The notes: generated by a model not told the origin, from the sequence alone. Counted from the whole stretch's first letter, positions 21,596 to 31,646 are shown. The stretch is 63,997 nt of DNA, filler included, from Barthelona sp. PAP020 (GCA_040182905.1; 25 parts of 25 records of this genome joined end to end with filler, not necessarily neighbours in it), one strand, 5' to 3'. Made by a program: numbers and translations.

Positions 21596-23317
21596 ATGGG
21601 AAAAAGAAGAGTTGATGATTATGATGACTATGATGAAGATTATGCTGATGATGAATTGAATGAAGATGATAAGGATTTTTCAGATAATTCTTTGATTTTA
21701 GAATTTTCCGATGATGGTTATGATGACCAATACGATGATTATGTTTTGGAAGACGATACAGATGAAGAAGAAGAAGAAAATTCATATTTATCAGCTAAAA
21801 TTTCAAACATTCGGGCTCCTTCTGCACCACCTTTGCCAATAAATACCAACACACAAGGAAAAAAGGGTAAAAAACAGTTTATTCCTCGGTCAGCTGATAT
21901 TTTACCTTCCAAAACTCCATTATTGAAAGTTTCTGATGATATTCGTTGTAAATCGGTTGATCCTGAGCGTTTACGAGAGTTGGAATCTTCCATGGTCGTT
22001 TTTAATACAAAACCTGTAGTACAGCATAAGAAGTATCAATTTTTAGAAGTAGAGCCTCGAGAATTGGTTTATCTTGGTCAAGATACAAAAGCACCTGTTC
22101 CAACGTTAACTTGTGTTATGATGGGACATGTTGATTCAGGAAAATCTTCTTTGACTGCTAGGCTTTTGTTGAGAGATAATTTCGATGATGTAGATCATAC
22201 TGAGTTACATGGATTTTTGGATTTTACAGCAGTTGAGAGTGATCATGGCGTAACTACATGCGTGAAAGTACGAGATACATATTTGAGTGATGGAACACCT
22301 GTTTTACTGTTGGATGCTCCAGGACATCAAGATTTTGTTTTAGAAGCTATTAGAGGATGTTGTTTAGCACAAACTGTCATTTTGGTTGTCAGTGTAACAG
22401 ACACCCGTATCATGAGACAAACAAGAGACCACTTATTGGTAGCTAAAGCATTAGGTATTGATAAATTAATAGTCGCTATCAATAAAATGGATACAATCAA
22501 TTGGGATAAGACTAGATTTGATGTAGCAGTAAACATCTTGAGAAAACCACTGAAATCTTTTGGCTTTTCAAAGGACAGAGTTGTATTTGTACCCACTTCT
22601 GCTTGGACGTCTGGAAATGTAACCAAACGTCACGCAACTTCTTTTTATAAGGGTTTTTGTTTGTTGGAATTGTTGGAACAATTGGCTTCCTTGCAAAAAA
22701 GTCAACATGATTGCAGACGCTCCGCTCCTGTTGTGCAGATAATGGATCATTCTTATTTTACGAACACAAATAAATATTTACCCTTTGCTAAAGTTGCTTC
22801 TGGCATTTTAAATGAACGAGAGCCTTTGATTCCAGTTGGTTCTAGCAATCAAGACCAATTGCATAAAATTATTTTGCATCGTTATACCAAGGGTTTGTCT
22901 TTTGCCACAAATCAATTACTTGTTTTAAATGAAGTTTTAGAAGAATACAGTGTTGGAACACAACTTGTTTTGGCCAATTCTGAGGTATATTCTTATGACC
23001 CATCAACTTTATTTAAAGCTCAAATTATGGTGTTTCCTGATTGTTCTGTGGAACCAATATGGATTAGAGGATCAAGACTGTCAATTATTTTATCTGGAGA
23101 GCAAATTACTGCTGAAATATTGAAAATTGAGGAGATTGCAGGTTTTGGCGAAGGAAAGTGTATTCAAAGTGGAGATTCTGCCACTATTGTAATTAAATTG
23201 GCAAAACCATGGTTATTGGTTGATTCCAAGATTGCTTCAAATTTTATTGTAAGATACAAGGGAGAGATAATTTCTTTGGGCAAGTTAATTTGTCCAGTAA
23301 AGCAAATATCGATTTAA
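21596..23317 (+). CDS. HBS1: HBS1-like translational GTPase (eEF1A/eRF3 family)
   Basis: GHVDSGKSSL, DAPGHQDF and INKMD motifs; acidic N-terminal extension and C-terminal beta-barrels. Confidence 0.7.
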   Translation: MGKRRVDDYDDYDEDYADDELNEDDKDFSDNSLILEFSDDGYDDQYDDYVLEDDTDEEEEENSYLSAKISNIRAPSAPPLPINTNTQGKKGKKQFIPRSADILPSKTPLLKVSDDIRCKSVDPERLRELESSMVVFNTKPVVQHKKYQFLEVEPRELVYLGQDTKAPVPTLTCVMMGHVDSGKSSLTARLLLRDNFDDVDHTELHGFLDFTAVESDHGVTTCVKVRDTYLSDGTPVLLLDAPGHQDFVLEAIRGCCLAQTVILVVSVTDTRIMRQTRDHLLVAKALGIDKLIVAINKMDTINWDKTRFDVAVNILRKPLKSFGFSKDRVVFVPTSAWTSGNVTKRHATSFYKGFCLLELLEQLASLQKSQHDCRRSAPVVQIMDHSYFTNTNKYLPFAKVASGILNEREPLIPVGSSNQDQLHKIILHRYTKGLSFATNQLLVLNEVLEEYSVGTQLVLANSEVYSYDPSTLFKAQIMVFPDCSVEPIWIRGSRLSIILSGEQITAEILKIEEIAGFGEGKCIQSGDSATIVIKLAKPWLLVDSKIASNFIVRYKGEIISLGKLICPVKQISI

Positions 23318-23696
23318 AAGCACTAAGTGAAGAAATTGTTTGTTCTTTTTTTTTGAGATTAGTCGGAGTTTTTGGAAAATAAACTGTTTATTTGTTTTTT
23401 TTTTTGTTTTTGTCCTTTTGATGAAATTTTTTTTTTTGAAATTTAAAGATTGATTTCATTTTTGAAGAAATGAAGTCTACTCAAAAAATAAATATTAAAA
23501 AAATCATATTCTTTTTAAAAAATCTAAATTAATCTCAAAGTAGTCATTTTATTTCAATTGTTTGATGAATTAACAACCATTTTCGATGTAAAATTTTATT
23601 TTGAGGAACAAAAAAAGTTCGTAAAACTTTTGATCAAACTTTTAAATCAAATTTGAATTTTCACACAACTTTTTTTTTGTGTTTGTATACTCCTAA

Positions 23697-23801
<105 letters not shown>

Positions 23802-24697
23802 NNNNNNNNNNNNNNNNNNNNNNNNNNNNNNNNNNNNNNNNNNNNTTAATTAATTAANNNNNNNNNNNNNNNNNNNNNNNNNNNNNNNNNNNNNNNNNNN
23901 NGGAATATACCCCAACTGAAGAAAATAAAAATGAACAAGCCAAGCTTCTCACAAACACTTTGCACAGTGTGACTCAAAGTTTTGATTAAATAGTGCGTTC
24001 TTTGTAAATCTTATGTTTTTTTTTGTTTGTTTGTTTTTCTTTTTAAACCGTACGTCTTTCAATTCAGGCAAATCAATAATTTGATTTGAAATTTCTTGAA
24101 TTATATTGGTAGAACTACGATACAACAAAATTCATTTGCAGAGTAACTGCAAATGAATATGGAAGTCATTTTATCAAATGCTCGAACAAATGCCAACAGT
24201 AATCATCTATCATTTTATTTTGCCAATCAAAACTACTTTTTGAAGAGATTTTGATTTTGCACTTTGCAATGCTAATTTTCTTGAATTTCATTCTTCAATT
24301 CGGTCAACACAAACATTTTAATTGTTGTTAACTTATAAATGAATGTTGTTGCAATTTATTATGATTAATAACTTGAAACAATTGTGAAGAAAATGTGGTT
24401 AATAATAAAATCATCATTTACAATGTTTACTCAACATCCAGCAAAAACTGACAATTTCACTCACGAAATAATTGTTCCATTATTAACAAATGGTAATATT
24501 TACATGAAAAACTAAAAGCTACAACCATTGAACTATGTTTTTGCATAATTAAATTGGTTAAATTGATTATCATTTTGGGTTGTCAACATTCACAAAATAT
24601 ATCAAAAAGCAAACAAAACACATTTAAAATAAACTTTTGTCAGTTTATATTTGGTTCGACAATTTTTGTTGTGTTTTGAGGTTTATTGATTGTTGAT

Positions 24698-25906
24698 ATG
24701 TCTGCTAAATCAAGTGGTGAATTGGTGGAGAAAACTATTCGTGGAATATTTCCTCTCAAAATTGATGAAATTAGTGTTGGCGAAATTGGAGAATTGCTAT
24801 CTGAATATATATTTGATTGTGAATACTCACTAGATGGAAAACGTATTGTAGTTGGTAGTTATCAAGTTGCTTTTGTAATTGATGCGAAAACTGGAAGACT
24901 GGATCGCACTTTGAACGATCACACAGACAATGTTTATAGTGTTGCGTTTTCACCAGATGGGCAAAAATTGGCAACATGCTCGCAAGATAAATCAATTATC
25001 ATATATAATCTTCCAGATTTCTCCATTTTACGTAGATTTAGTGACATTAATATTATTTGTGGAATTTGTTTTTCTTACTGTTCAAATTATCTGTACTCTG
25101 GTAATAATTATGGAGATATTATGAAATGGGATATTAATAGTGGCAATGTTGTCTTGGAAGAAACAATTCATTCTCGTTGGATTTATGAAGTAAAACTATC
25201 GTCTGATGGTCAATATCTTTTAACTGGTAGTGGGGATAATACTGTCGCGTTGGTTAATCCTGACGATTTGTCTGTTATTCGTGCATTTAGTCATGATGGA
25301 CATGTTAGAACCATTGATTTCCATCCAACTGAAAGAATGATCGCTGTTGGTGACCAATCGAACAAAGCCAAACTTTGGGACATGGATGATGGATCACTTA
25401 TTCATACATTTGATATGGGTGGTGAAGTTTGGTCTGTTCATTTCTTTTCACCCAGTGTCTTACTTATTATGTCTGGTGATGGGTATATTACGTCTTATAA
25501 TTTGGATAGGTTTCAGGAGATTCAAAAAGTTCGTTGTGGTTGCAGCATACCCTATTTTTCATTTGCTATATCGCCTGACAGGAAACAATTGACGTGTGGA
25601 AAATGTGAAGGGGATGTCATTAAGATACATTCAATTGTGCATGAATACGATGCTTCACATCAGTTAGAACTCATCGAATTATCGAAGGATGGTGGTCATG
25701 TCTTATACAATATTATTGATATGAATATGGAAACTCAAAGGATAAGGCAATTGATAAGTGCCGGTATTTGTATGAATCAAGAAGAATACAATTTGATTGT
25801 TAACTTATGCTGGGATTTGGTTGACCTCAACAGAGATAATGGTGGTAACATGTACTCATTTGTGAATGAACAAAGTGATAATGATAATGATAATGATGAT
25901 GATTAA
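24698..25906 (+). CDS. WD40 repeat protein with family-specific C-terminal domain
   Basis: HTDNVYSVAFSPDGQKLATCSQDKSIIIY-type repeats; conserved C-terminal IRQLISAG..CWDLV..NGGNM. Confidence 0.9.
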   Translation: MSAKSSGELVEKTIRGIFPLKIDEISVGEIGELLSEYIFDCEYSLDGKRIVVGSYQVAFVIDAKTGRLDRTLNDHTDNVYSVAFSPDGQKLATCSQDKSIIIYNLPDFSILRRFSDINIICGICFSYCSNYLYSGNNYGDIMKWDINSGNVVLEETIHSRWIYEVKLSSDGQYLLTGSGDNTVALVNPDDLSVIRAFSHDGHVRTIDFHPTERMIAVGDQSNKAKLWDMDDGSLIHTFDMGGEVWSVHFFSPSVLLIMSGDGYITSYNLDRFQEIQKVRCGCSIPYFSFAISPDRKQLTCGKCEGDVIKIHSIVHEYDASHQLELIELSKDGGHVLYNIIDMNMETQRIRQLISAGICMNQEEYNLIVNLCWDLVDLNRDNGGNMYSFVNEQSDNDNDNDDD

Positions 25907-26528
25907 TTAATTAACTGGTACAATTGTTCAAAGCATTATTTTGGGATACGTGACCTATTTTCGGGTCCAAACCATTAGTTCTTTTATTTGAGTTGGATAC
26001 TGTTTTTTTCTTGTTTTTCTATTAGATTCAAATCCCAGGTTAGATTGTTAAGTAATGGCTGGGGGAAAGAGAAGTGGATTTTTGGATTCTTCAGCTTGGC
26101 CATGTAGCCGGAAGGTTTTTGGTGATTTTTTTGTGTAAATTTGCTATTTTTGTGTTTTTTTTTTGTTTTGAAAGTGGTTTTACCCATTGCATTGTGAAAC
26201 AAAAATGTTTTCACAGAAATCAAGCAACAACACACTGAACTAACAAATGAAAATTGTTATGTTACCAAGTAAATAACTAAGATGAGATTTAGAGGGGGAT
26301 GATTAGTGTTCTGGAAAACTTATTTTGTTCAAGACTCCTCCCTCGTTTTTTCTTTTCTTTCTGTTAAAATTTTGATACCTGTGTTGAGTTAAGTGACAAT
26401 TTGATGAGGAAAACAATTTACGATATGTNNNNNNNNNNNNNNNNNNNNNNNNNNNNNNNNNNNNNNNNNNNNTTAATTAATTAANNNNNNNNNNNNNNNN
26501 NNNNNNNNNNNNNNNNNNNNNNNNNNNN

Positions 26529-28199
26529 GAAGATAATGGTCGACCAAAGAAGATTTATCATGCAGCGCTTGAAGGTAATCTTGAGGTTGTCAAGCAGTGT
26601 ATCAAAGCTGGCGTTGATGTGAACAAACAGGGTAAGGAAGGAAGGACAACGTTGTATGGAGCTTCTTTTAATGGGCATACAGAAGTTGTTGAGTTTTTGT
26701 TGGATTTTGGCGCTGATGTTAATTTGTGTATGAATGGGGGATTTTCTTCATTATATGTTAGTTGTCAAAATGGTCATCTTGATATTGCTAAAATGCTCTT
26801 GGATCATGGAGCTGATGGTAATTTGTGTCCTAATGATGGTTGTTCTCCATTATATGTCAGTTGTTACAATGGTCATCTTGATGTTGCCAGAATGCTCTTG
26901 GATCATGGGGCTGATGTTAATTTGTGTAGGAATGATGGTGCTTCTCCACTGTACATCAGCTGTGAAAAAGGTCATCTTGATGTTACTAAAATTCTCTTGG
27001 ATCATGGAGCTGATATTAATTTGTGCAATCACAATGGTACTTCTCCATTGTACATAAGTTGTCAAAATGGTCATCTTGATGTTGTCAAAATACTCTTGGA
27101 ATATGGAGCTGATGTTAATTTGAGTATGAATGAGGGATATTCTCCATTGTACATCAGTTGTGAAAAAGGTCATGTTGATGTTGCCAAAATGCTCTTGGAT
27201 CATGGAGCTGATGTTAATTTGTGTTCTAATGGTGTTTCTCCATTGTTTATTTGTTGTGCAAAAGGTCATCTTGATGTTGCCAAAATGCTCTTGGACCATG
27301 GAGCTGATGTTAATTTCTGTATGAATGATGGGGTTTCTTCATTGTTTATTTGTTGTGCAAAAGGTCATCTTGATGTTGCCAAAATGCTCTTAGATCATGG
27401 GGCTGATGTTAATTTCTGTATGAATAATGGTGCTTCTCCATTATATGTCAGTTGCTACAATGGTCATCTTGATGTTGTTAAAATGCTCTTGGACCATGGC
27501 GTTGATGCTAATGTGTGTATGAAGGATGGTTTTTCTCCATTATTTGTCAGTTGTGAACAAGGTTATCTTGATGTTGTGAAAATTCTCTTGGATCATGGGG
27601 CTGATATTAATTTGTGTCCTAATATTAGTACTTCTCCATTATATGTCAGTTGTCAAAATAACCATCTTGATGTTACTAAAATTCTCTTGGATCATGGGGC
27701 TGATATTAATTTGTGTAGGAATGATGGTGCTTCTCCATTGTACATCAGTTGTCAACAAGGTCATCTTGATGTTGCCAGAATGCTTTTGGATCATGAAGCT
27801 GATGTTAATTTGTGTATTAAGGATGGTACTTCTCCATTATATGTCAGTTGTTACAGTGGTCATCTTGATGTTGTCAAAATGCTCTTGGATTATGGGGCTG
27901 ATGTTAATTTGTGCAATCACAATGGTGCTTCTCCATTGTACATTAGTTGTGAAAAATGTTATCTTGATGTTGTCAAAATGCTCTTGGATTATGGGGCTGA
28001 TATTAATTTGTGCAATCACAATGGTACTTCTGCATTGTACATCAGTTGTCAATTTGGTCACCTTGACATTGTTAAACTTCTATTAGATCACAGAGCCGAT
28101 ATAAATCTCAAATTTCAACAAAAATGGACACCAATGGATATTGCCACAGACGAAGGTCATTCCAAAATTGTACAAATTCTCCAGCCCTTCTACAATTGA
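26529..28199 (+). CDS. Ankyrin-repeat protein (~16 repeats), 5' truncated
   Basis: Tandem 99-bp units encoding GxSPLYISCxxGHLDVAKMLLDHGADVN; same QPFYN end and 3' flank as 6647-7909. Confidence 0.93.
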   Translation, partial: EDNGRPKKIYHAALEGNLEVVKQCIKAGVDVNKQGKEGRTTLYGASFNGHTEVVEFLLDFGADVNLCMNGGFSSLYVSCQNGHLDIAKMLLDHGADGNLCPNDGCSPLYVSCYNGHLDVARMLLDHGADVNLCRNDGASPLYISCEKGHLDVTKILLDHGADINLCNHNGTSPLYISCQNGHLDVVKILLEYGADVNLSMNEGYSPLYISCEKGHVDVAKMLLDHGADVNLCSNGVSPLFICCAKGHLDVAKMLLDHGADVNFCMNDGVSSLFICCAKGHLDVAKMLLDHGADVNFCMNNGASPLYVSCYNGHLDVVKMLLDHGVDANVCMKDGFSPLFVSCEQGYLDVVKILLDHGADINLCPNISTSPLYVSCQNNHLDVTKILLDHGADINLCRNDGASPLYISCQQGHLDVARMLLDHEADVNLCIKDGTSPLYVSCYSGHLDVVKMLLDYGADVNLCNHNGASPLYISCEKCYLDVVKMLLDYGADINLCNHNGTSALYISCQFGHLDIVKLLLDHRADINLKFQQKWTPMDIATDEGHSKIVQILQPFYN

Positions 28200-28899
28200 T
28201 CCAATGCTTTTTCCTTTTAACAAAATTGACTTCACAAAACACAATCCTATCGATAAATTATCACACAAAAAGATACTGAAAATACCCAACTTTATATCAC
28301 AGCTTTCTATTCATATTTTTGCAGTGTTTGGATCAAAGTGTAACCCACGTTTTATAAACCCTCCAATTTTGTTATTGATAATCAAATAGTGAACTTTTGA
28401 AGTGAGCTTAGTTTTTCTTTGGTACATCAACCCTAGTGAAATCTCTTTTGTTTCTTCGTACTTACAGTGGTTGAATCTAGTCCTCAATTGGTTTGTTTTT
28501 ATTGGGTAGTTGTGAGATAATTATGGATTAATACTTTCATTTCTTCATAATTCCTATTGCTTCCAACTAAAGGCAGTGACTTGTGATCTTATGATTTGTG
28601 AGTCTGAAATGATTGTTGTTTGCTTTTATGCTTTTGAAGTTCAACAAATGTTCTTCAACTGTAATATTAATCAAAGAGTGTTAGAACTTTTGATTTATGA
28701 AGAAGAAGGGCTATATGTATGAATGAAAAAAATTGCAACGATGCCTATTTCGCCAGAAGCTTTCAACGTCTGAGTAACATACTCAAACTTTTAATTCTTC
28801 AATAGTGAAAGTTTAAACTTTAAAATTTTGCTTTTGCTAAATACAAAACAGGAATGAAGAATTTCTTCGAAATTCTCATACTTGATTGTTAGAATTACA

Positions 28900-29053
28900 T
28901 TTCAGTTCCTTCCTGGGGTTTTGACTGAAATTTGCTGGAATGAGTGTTCTATGTTTACTTATTTCCAAGCCAAGAAGCACTGTGCGTATGAGTGAATAAG
29001 AAAGAATAGTGTTTATTTGGTTAAAGGCTTTCGAGGCCCGATTGATCTGTTGA
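28900..29053 (+). repeat. Dispersed repeat (copy 2)
   Basis: 28961-29053 matches 13769-13848 and 37401-37498; 28900-28960 resembles the reverse complement of 13150-13222. Confidence 0.8.
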
Positions 29054-29159
29054 ANNNNNNNNNNNNNNNNNNNNNNNNNNNNNNNNNNNNNNNNNNNNTT
29101 AATTAATTAANNNNNNNNNNNNNNNNNNNNNNNNNNNNNNNNNNNNNNNNNNNNCTCAA

Positions 29160-29273
29160 AGAATTCTGAATCGGTTGACCAAAACAGCAAAGATACCATG
29201 GAGTAATTTCCCCAACCCCAGTTAGTAAATATAAATTAAAGCCTTTAATTTTGTCCCTTTCGTCTAAAGTGAA
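29160..29273 (-). repeat. Pol III-downstream cassette A (copy 2)
   Basis: Nearly identical to 13431-13540; begins TTCAC at the tRNA-proximal end. Confidence 0.88.
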
Positions 29274-29285
29274 ATGTTGTTTATT

Positions 29286-29300
29286 GAGACTCGATCCTCA
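29286..29300 (-). promoter_or_regulatory. Downstream B-box-like motif TGAGGATCGAGTCTC
   Basis: Starts 23 nt after the first T of the tRNA-Pro terminator. Confidence 0.7.
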
Positions 29301-29324
29301 GGATTCGCCGTTTCATTCAAAAAT

Positions 29325-29396
29325 GGTCGCCGCCGGGAATCGAACCCGGGACCTCTCGCACCCTAAGCGAGTATTATACCGCTAAACTACGGCGAC
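29325..29396 (-). tRNA. tRNA-Pro (AGG)
   Basis: GTCGCCG/CGGCGAC acceptor stem, anticodon arm CTCGC-TT-AGG-GT-GCGAG, T-arm GGTTCGATTCC, TTTTT terminator. Confidence 0.95.
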
Positions 29397-29512
29397 TCCT
29401 TCTTTCTTTCAAATAATAATTTTTTCAAATTTTTTTTGTTGAAATTTTTAAAATAATATAATTTTAACAAAAAAAAAACATATTATTTATGATTAGATGT
29501 TGTTTTGTATAT

Positions 29513-30622
29513 TTATGACTCACATAATTGTAAAAAATTTAAAATTTTTACTGGCAAATAAGAAGAATTTGATTGAAATAAATTATTTGTTAAATATTCA
29601 TCATATACTTCTATTTTTAAATTATTAAGTCTTTTTTTTTTTTTAATATTTTTTTGATAACTAAAAATTAAAACAATACCTTCTGGTCCATAACTTTCTT
29701 CAAAAAAGAAATTATCCATTTTTGAATGAATAATTAAGTTTTGTGAATCATCATTAATAGATATTAAATTGGTGTCTTCAATAAATCGTGGTAACAAAAA
29801 TATAACAAAGGGCAAAACTCTTTCATCAATCATTTTGATCGATTGGGTGATTTTTGAATAGAATTTTTCTGGTTGGTTACACAGTAGGTCTCGACCTTCT
29901 TTGTTGTAAAAGTTAAAACAGCAGCTTTTGCTAAAATTTTTGGGAATAAGCTTTTCCAATAGCTGGTTTCGAAAGGAATCACACTGAAGATAAGGAGGAT
30001 GTAGAAAAGAATTGCTTATGTTATTTGTGCACTCAGAAAGAATATAATGAACCAATCCTACTTCAAGTAAACTTAAATGAATTTGATTCCACTGGTTAAA
30101 TATGCGTTCGTCAATTATGTCTTGGGAACATTGAATTAGTCTCTTTAAAGTATCATTGAAATTATCAATTATATGGTCAATTAGATCATTAAAATCATTT
30201 TCAGTTTCAGATGTAAGGTATTTTTGAATTTCGGGTAGTAAAAAAAGTTCTTTCTGATGATCAATGCAGAACCTTAAGGTGAAAAGCAAGGTCTTTCTTC
30301 GGACTAACCCTTGTAAAATAATAGTAACATGTCTATTGCACCATTCTTCTCGATACGAAGAAGCAAATCCACTAAATGGATCATAAACCAATTCTAATAC
30401 AAGATCTAAAAGAAATTTCTTGATTGAAAAATCTCTTTTGTTGAAAGAATTAAAATTGCAGGCATTTTGCCCTTCAGTTTCTTTAAATTGTTTGAAATAC
30501 CAATGAATGACTAATAAATTTTTCCATTCTCCCAAATCAATTGGAATATCAAAGCAATTGAAGATTTCTTTTGGTATATGAATATATTCAATAAATTTTT
30601 CCACGTTGAAAACTTCATTCAT
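29513..30622 (-). CDS. Hypothetical protein (369 aa)
   Basis: Long ORF in very AT-rich DNA; no recognised motif. Confidence 0.55.
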   Translation of the reverse strand: MNEVFNVEKFIEYIHIPKEIFNCFDIPIDLGEWKNLLVIHWYFKQFKETEGQNACNFNSFNKRDFSIKKFLLDLVLELVYDPFSGFASSYREEWCNRHVTIILQGLVRRKTLLFTLRFCIDHQKELFLLPEIQKYLTSETENDFNDLIDHIIDNFNDTLKRLIQCSQDIIDERIFNQWNQIHLSLLEVGLVHYILSECTNNISNSFLHPPYLQCDSFRNQLLEKLIPKNFSKSCCFNFYNKEGRDLLCNQPEKFYSKITQSIKMIDERVLPFVIFLLPRFIEDTNLISINDDSQNLIIHSKMDNFFFEESYGPEGIVLIFSYQKNIKKKKRLNNLKIEVYDEYLTNNLFQSNSSYLPVKILNFLQLCES

Positions 30623-30945
30623 TGAGTAAATTACATTTTATGAAAAGTTCGCAATTTGTGAAGTTTGAGCTGAAAATTTGAAAACAGAAAAAATTCTCTT
30701 TATGGCTTTTGTTTTGAATTCTTAACAAAGATAAAAAGGACTGATTGAAGTTTTGAAGATCTCAAAAGAAATTTGAAACAAAAAATTTTTTTGTTTCTTT
30801 CAAGTAATAATATTTTGTTGTTCAAAACTGTCTGAAAAGATAAATATTGTGAAAAAAATGTGAAACTTCACTCCGAAGTTTTTTTCCATATATTTTTTTT
30901 AGAACTCTATTTTGAAATAATGTGGTAAATTTTCTTTTTAGTTTT

Positions 30946-31243
30946 GGCTTGGTTCCTGGGTGTTGCATATGTGACACCTGTAACCGAAAGGGGGATTGTC
31001 CAAGCTAGGAATATGTCAGATTCCGGTGGGCAGAAATGCAAACGCATGTAGATGACTAGTCTTCTGAGTCGAACGGACCATCTTACTCTCTTAATGTAGG
31101 TCTAGGGAGTTTGAAAGTGCTAAGTGTTGGAACTGGGCAAGGCGAGTTTGATCGAGCAGTCCTAACAGCATCCGAATTGATTCTCAGGAGATGGCTGGTT
31201 TGAGTGAGAGTTTGCAGGGAGTTCGCTGATCTAGGGATAGACC
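30946..31243 (+). ncRNA. Signal recognition particle RNA (7SL)
   Basis: ~298 nt. Alu domain (GGCTTGG/CCAAGCT, GGGTGTTGCA/TGTGACACCT, TGTAA motif). Helix 5 pairings (TGCAAAC/GTTTGCA, CTTCTGAG/CTCAGGAG, CGGTGGGC/GTTCGCTG). Helix 8 GGGC-AAGG-CGA..TCG-AGCA-GTCC. TTTT terminator at 31244. Confidence 0.88.
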
Positions 31244-31266
31244 TTTTCAAGGTCCGTTATGAGGGC

Positions 31267-31281
31267 GGAGGATCGAGTCTC
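31267..31281 (+). promoter_or_regulatory. Downstream B-box-like motif GGAGGATCGAGTCTC
   Basis: Starts 23 nt after the first T (31244) of the SRP RNA terminator. Confidence 0.7.
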
Positions 31282-31290
31282 TCAAAAGTG

Positions 31291-31646
31291 TTCATAGCAA
31301 AGCGGACGGATTCATGATGCAAAACAGAAAATTCACGTTAGGTACAAGAAAAGGTATACGAAAGCTTCACTCGACATTCATGATGCAAAAGTGTTCGTAG
31401 CAAAGCGGACGGATTCATGATGCAAAACAGTTTCACGTTAGGTACAAGAAAAGGTATACGAAAGCTTTTATATACGGTGTGTTATTGAAATGGATAGTTG
31501 GGAAAGCCTTTTCACACGACAATAATAAAAAATGTTTATAAAGATCTTTATTGTTCTCGGTTAGATTTCACGTTAGGTACAAGAAAAGGTATACGAAAGC
31601 TTTTATATACGGTGTGTTATTGAAATGAGTAGTTGGGAAAGCCTTG
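31291..31646 (+). repeat. Polarised stack of 10 short cassettes (D,C,B,E,C,D,C,B,E,B), each starting TTCA/TTCG
   Basis: Starts at 31291, 31311, 31332, 31366, 31377, 31394, 31414, 31432, 31511 and 31567. B copies are 34, 79 and >=80 nt with a shared proximal end. Confidence 0.85.

Noticed and set aside
29325..30946. Trypanosome-style divergent tRNA acting as promoter for the SRP RNA gene
   Set aside because: The genes are ~1.5 kb apart with an ORF between them, far beyond the ~100-bp spacing of that arrangement.
31291..31646. CRISPR array
   Set aside because: No constant repeat with unique equal-length spacers and no cas genes; the units themselves recur with variable lengths.
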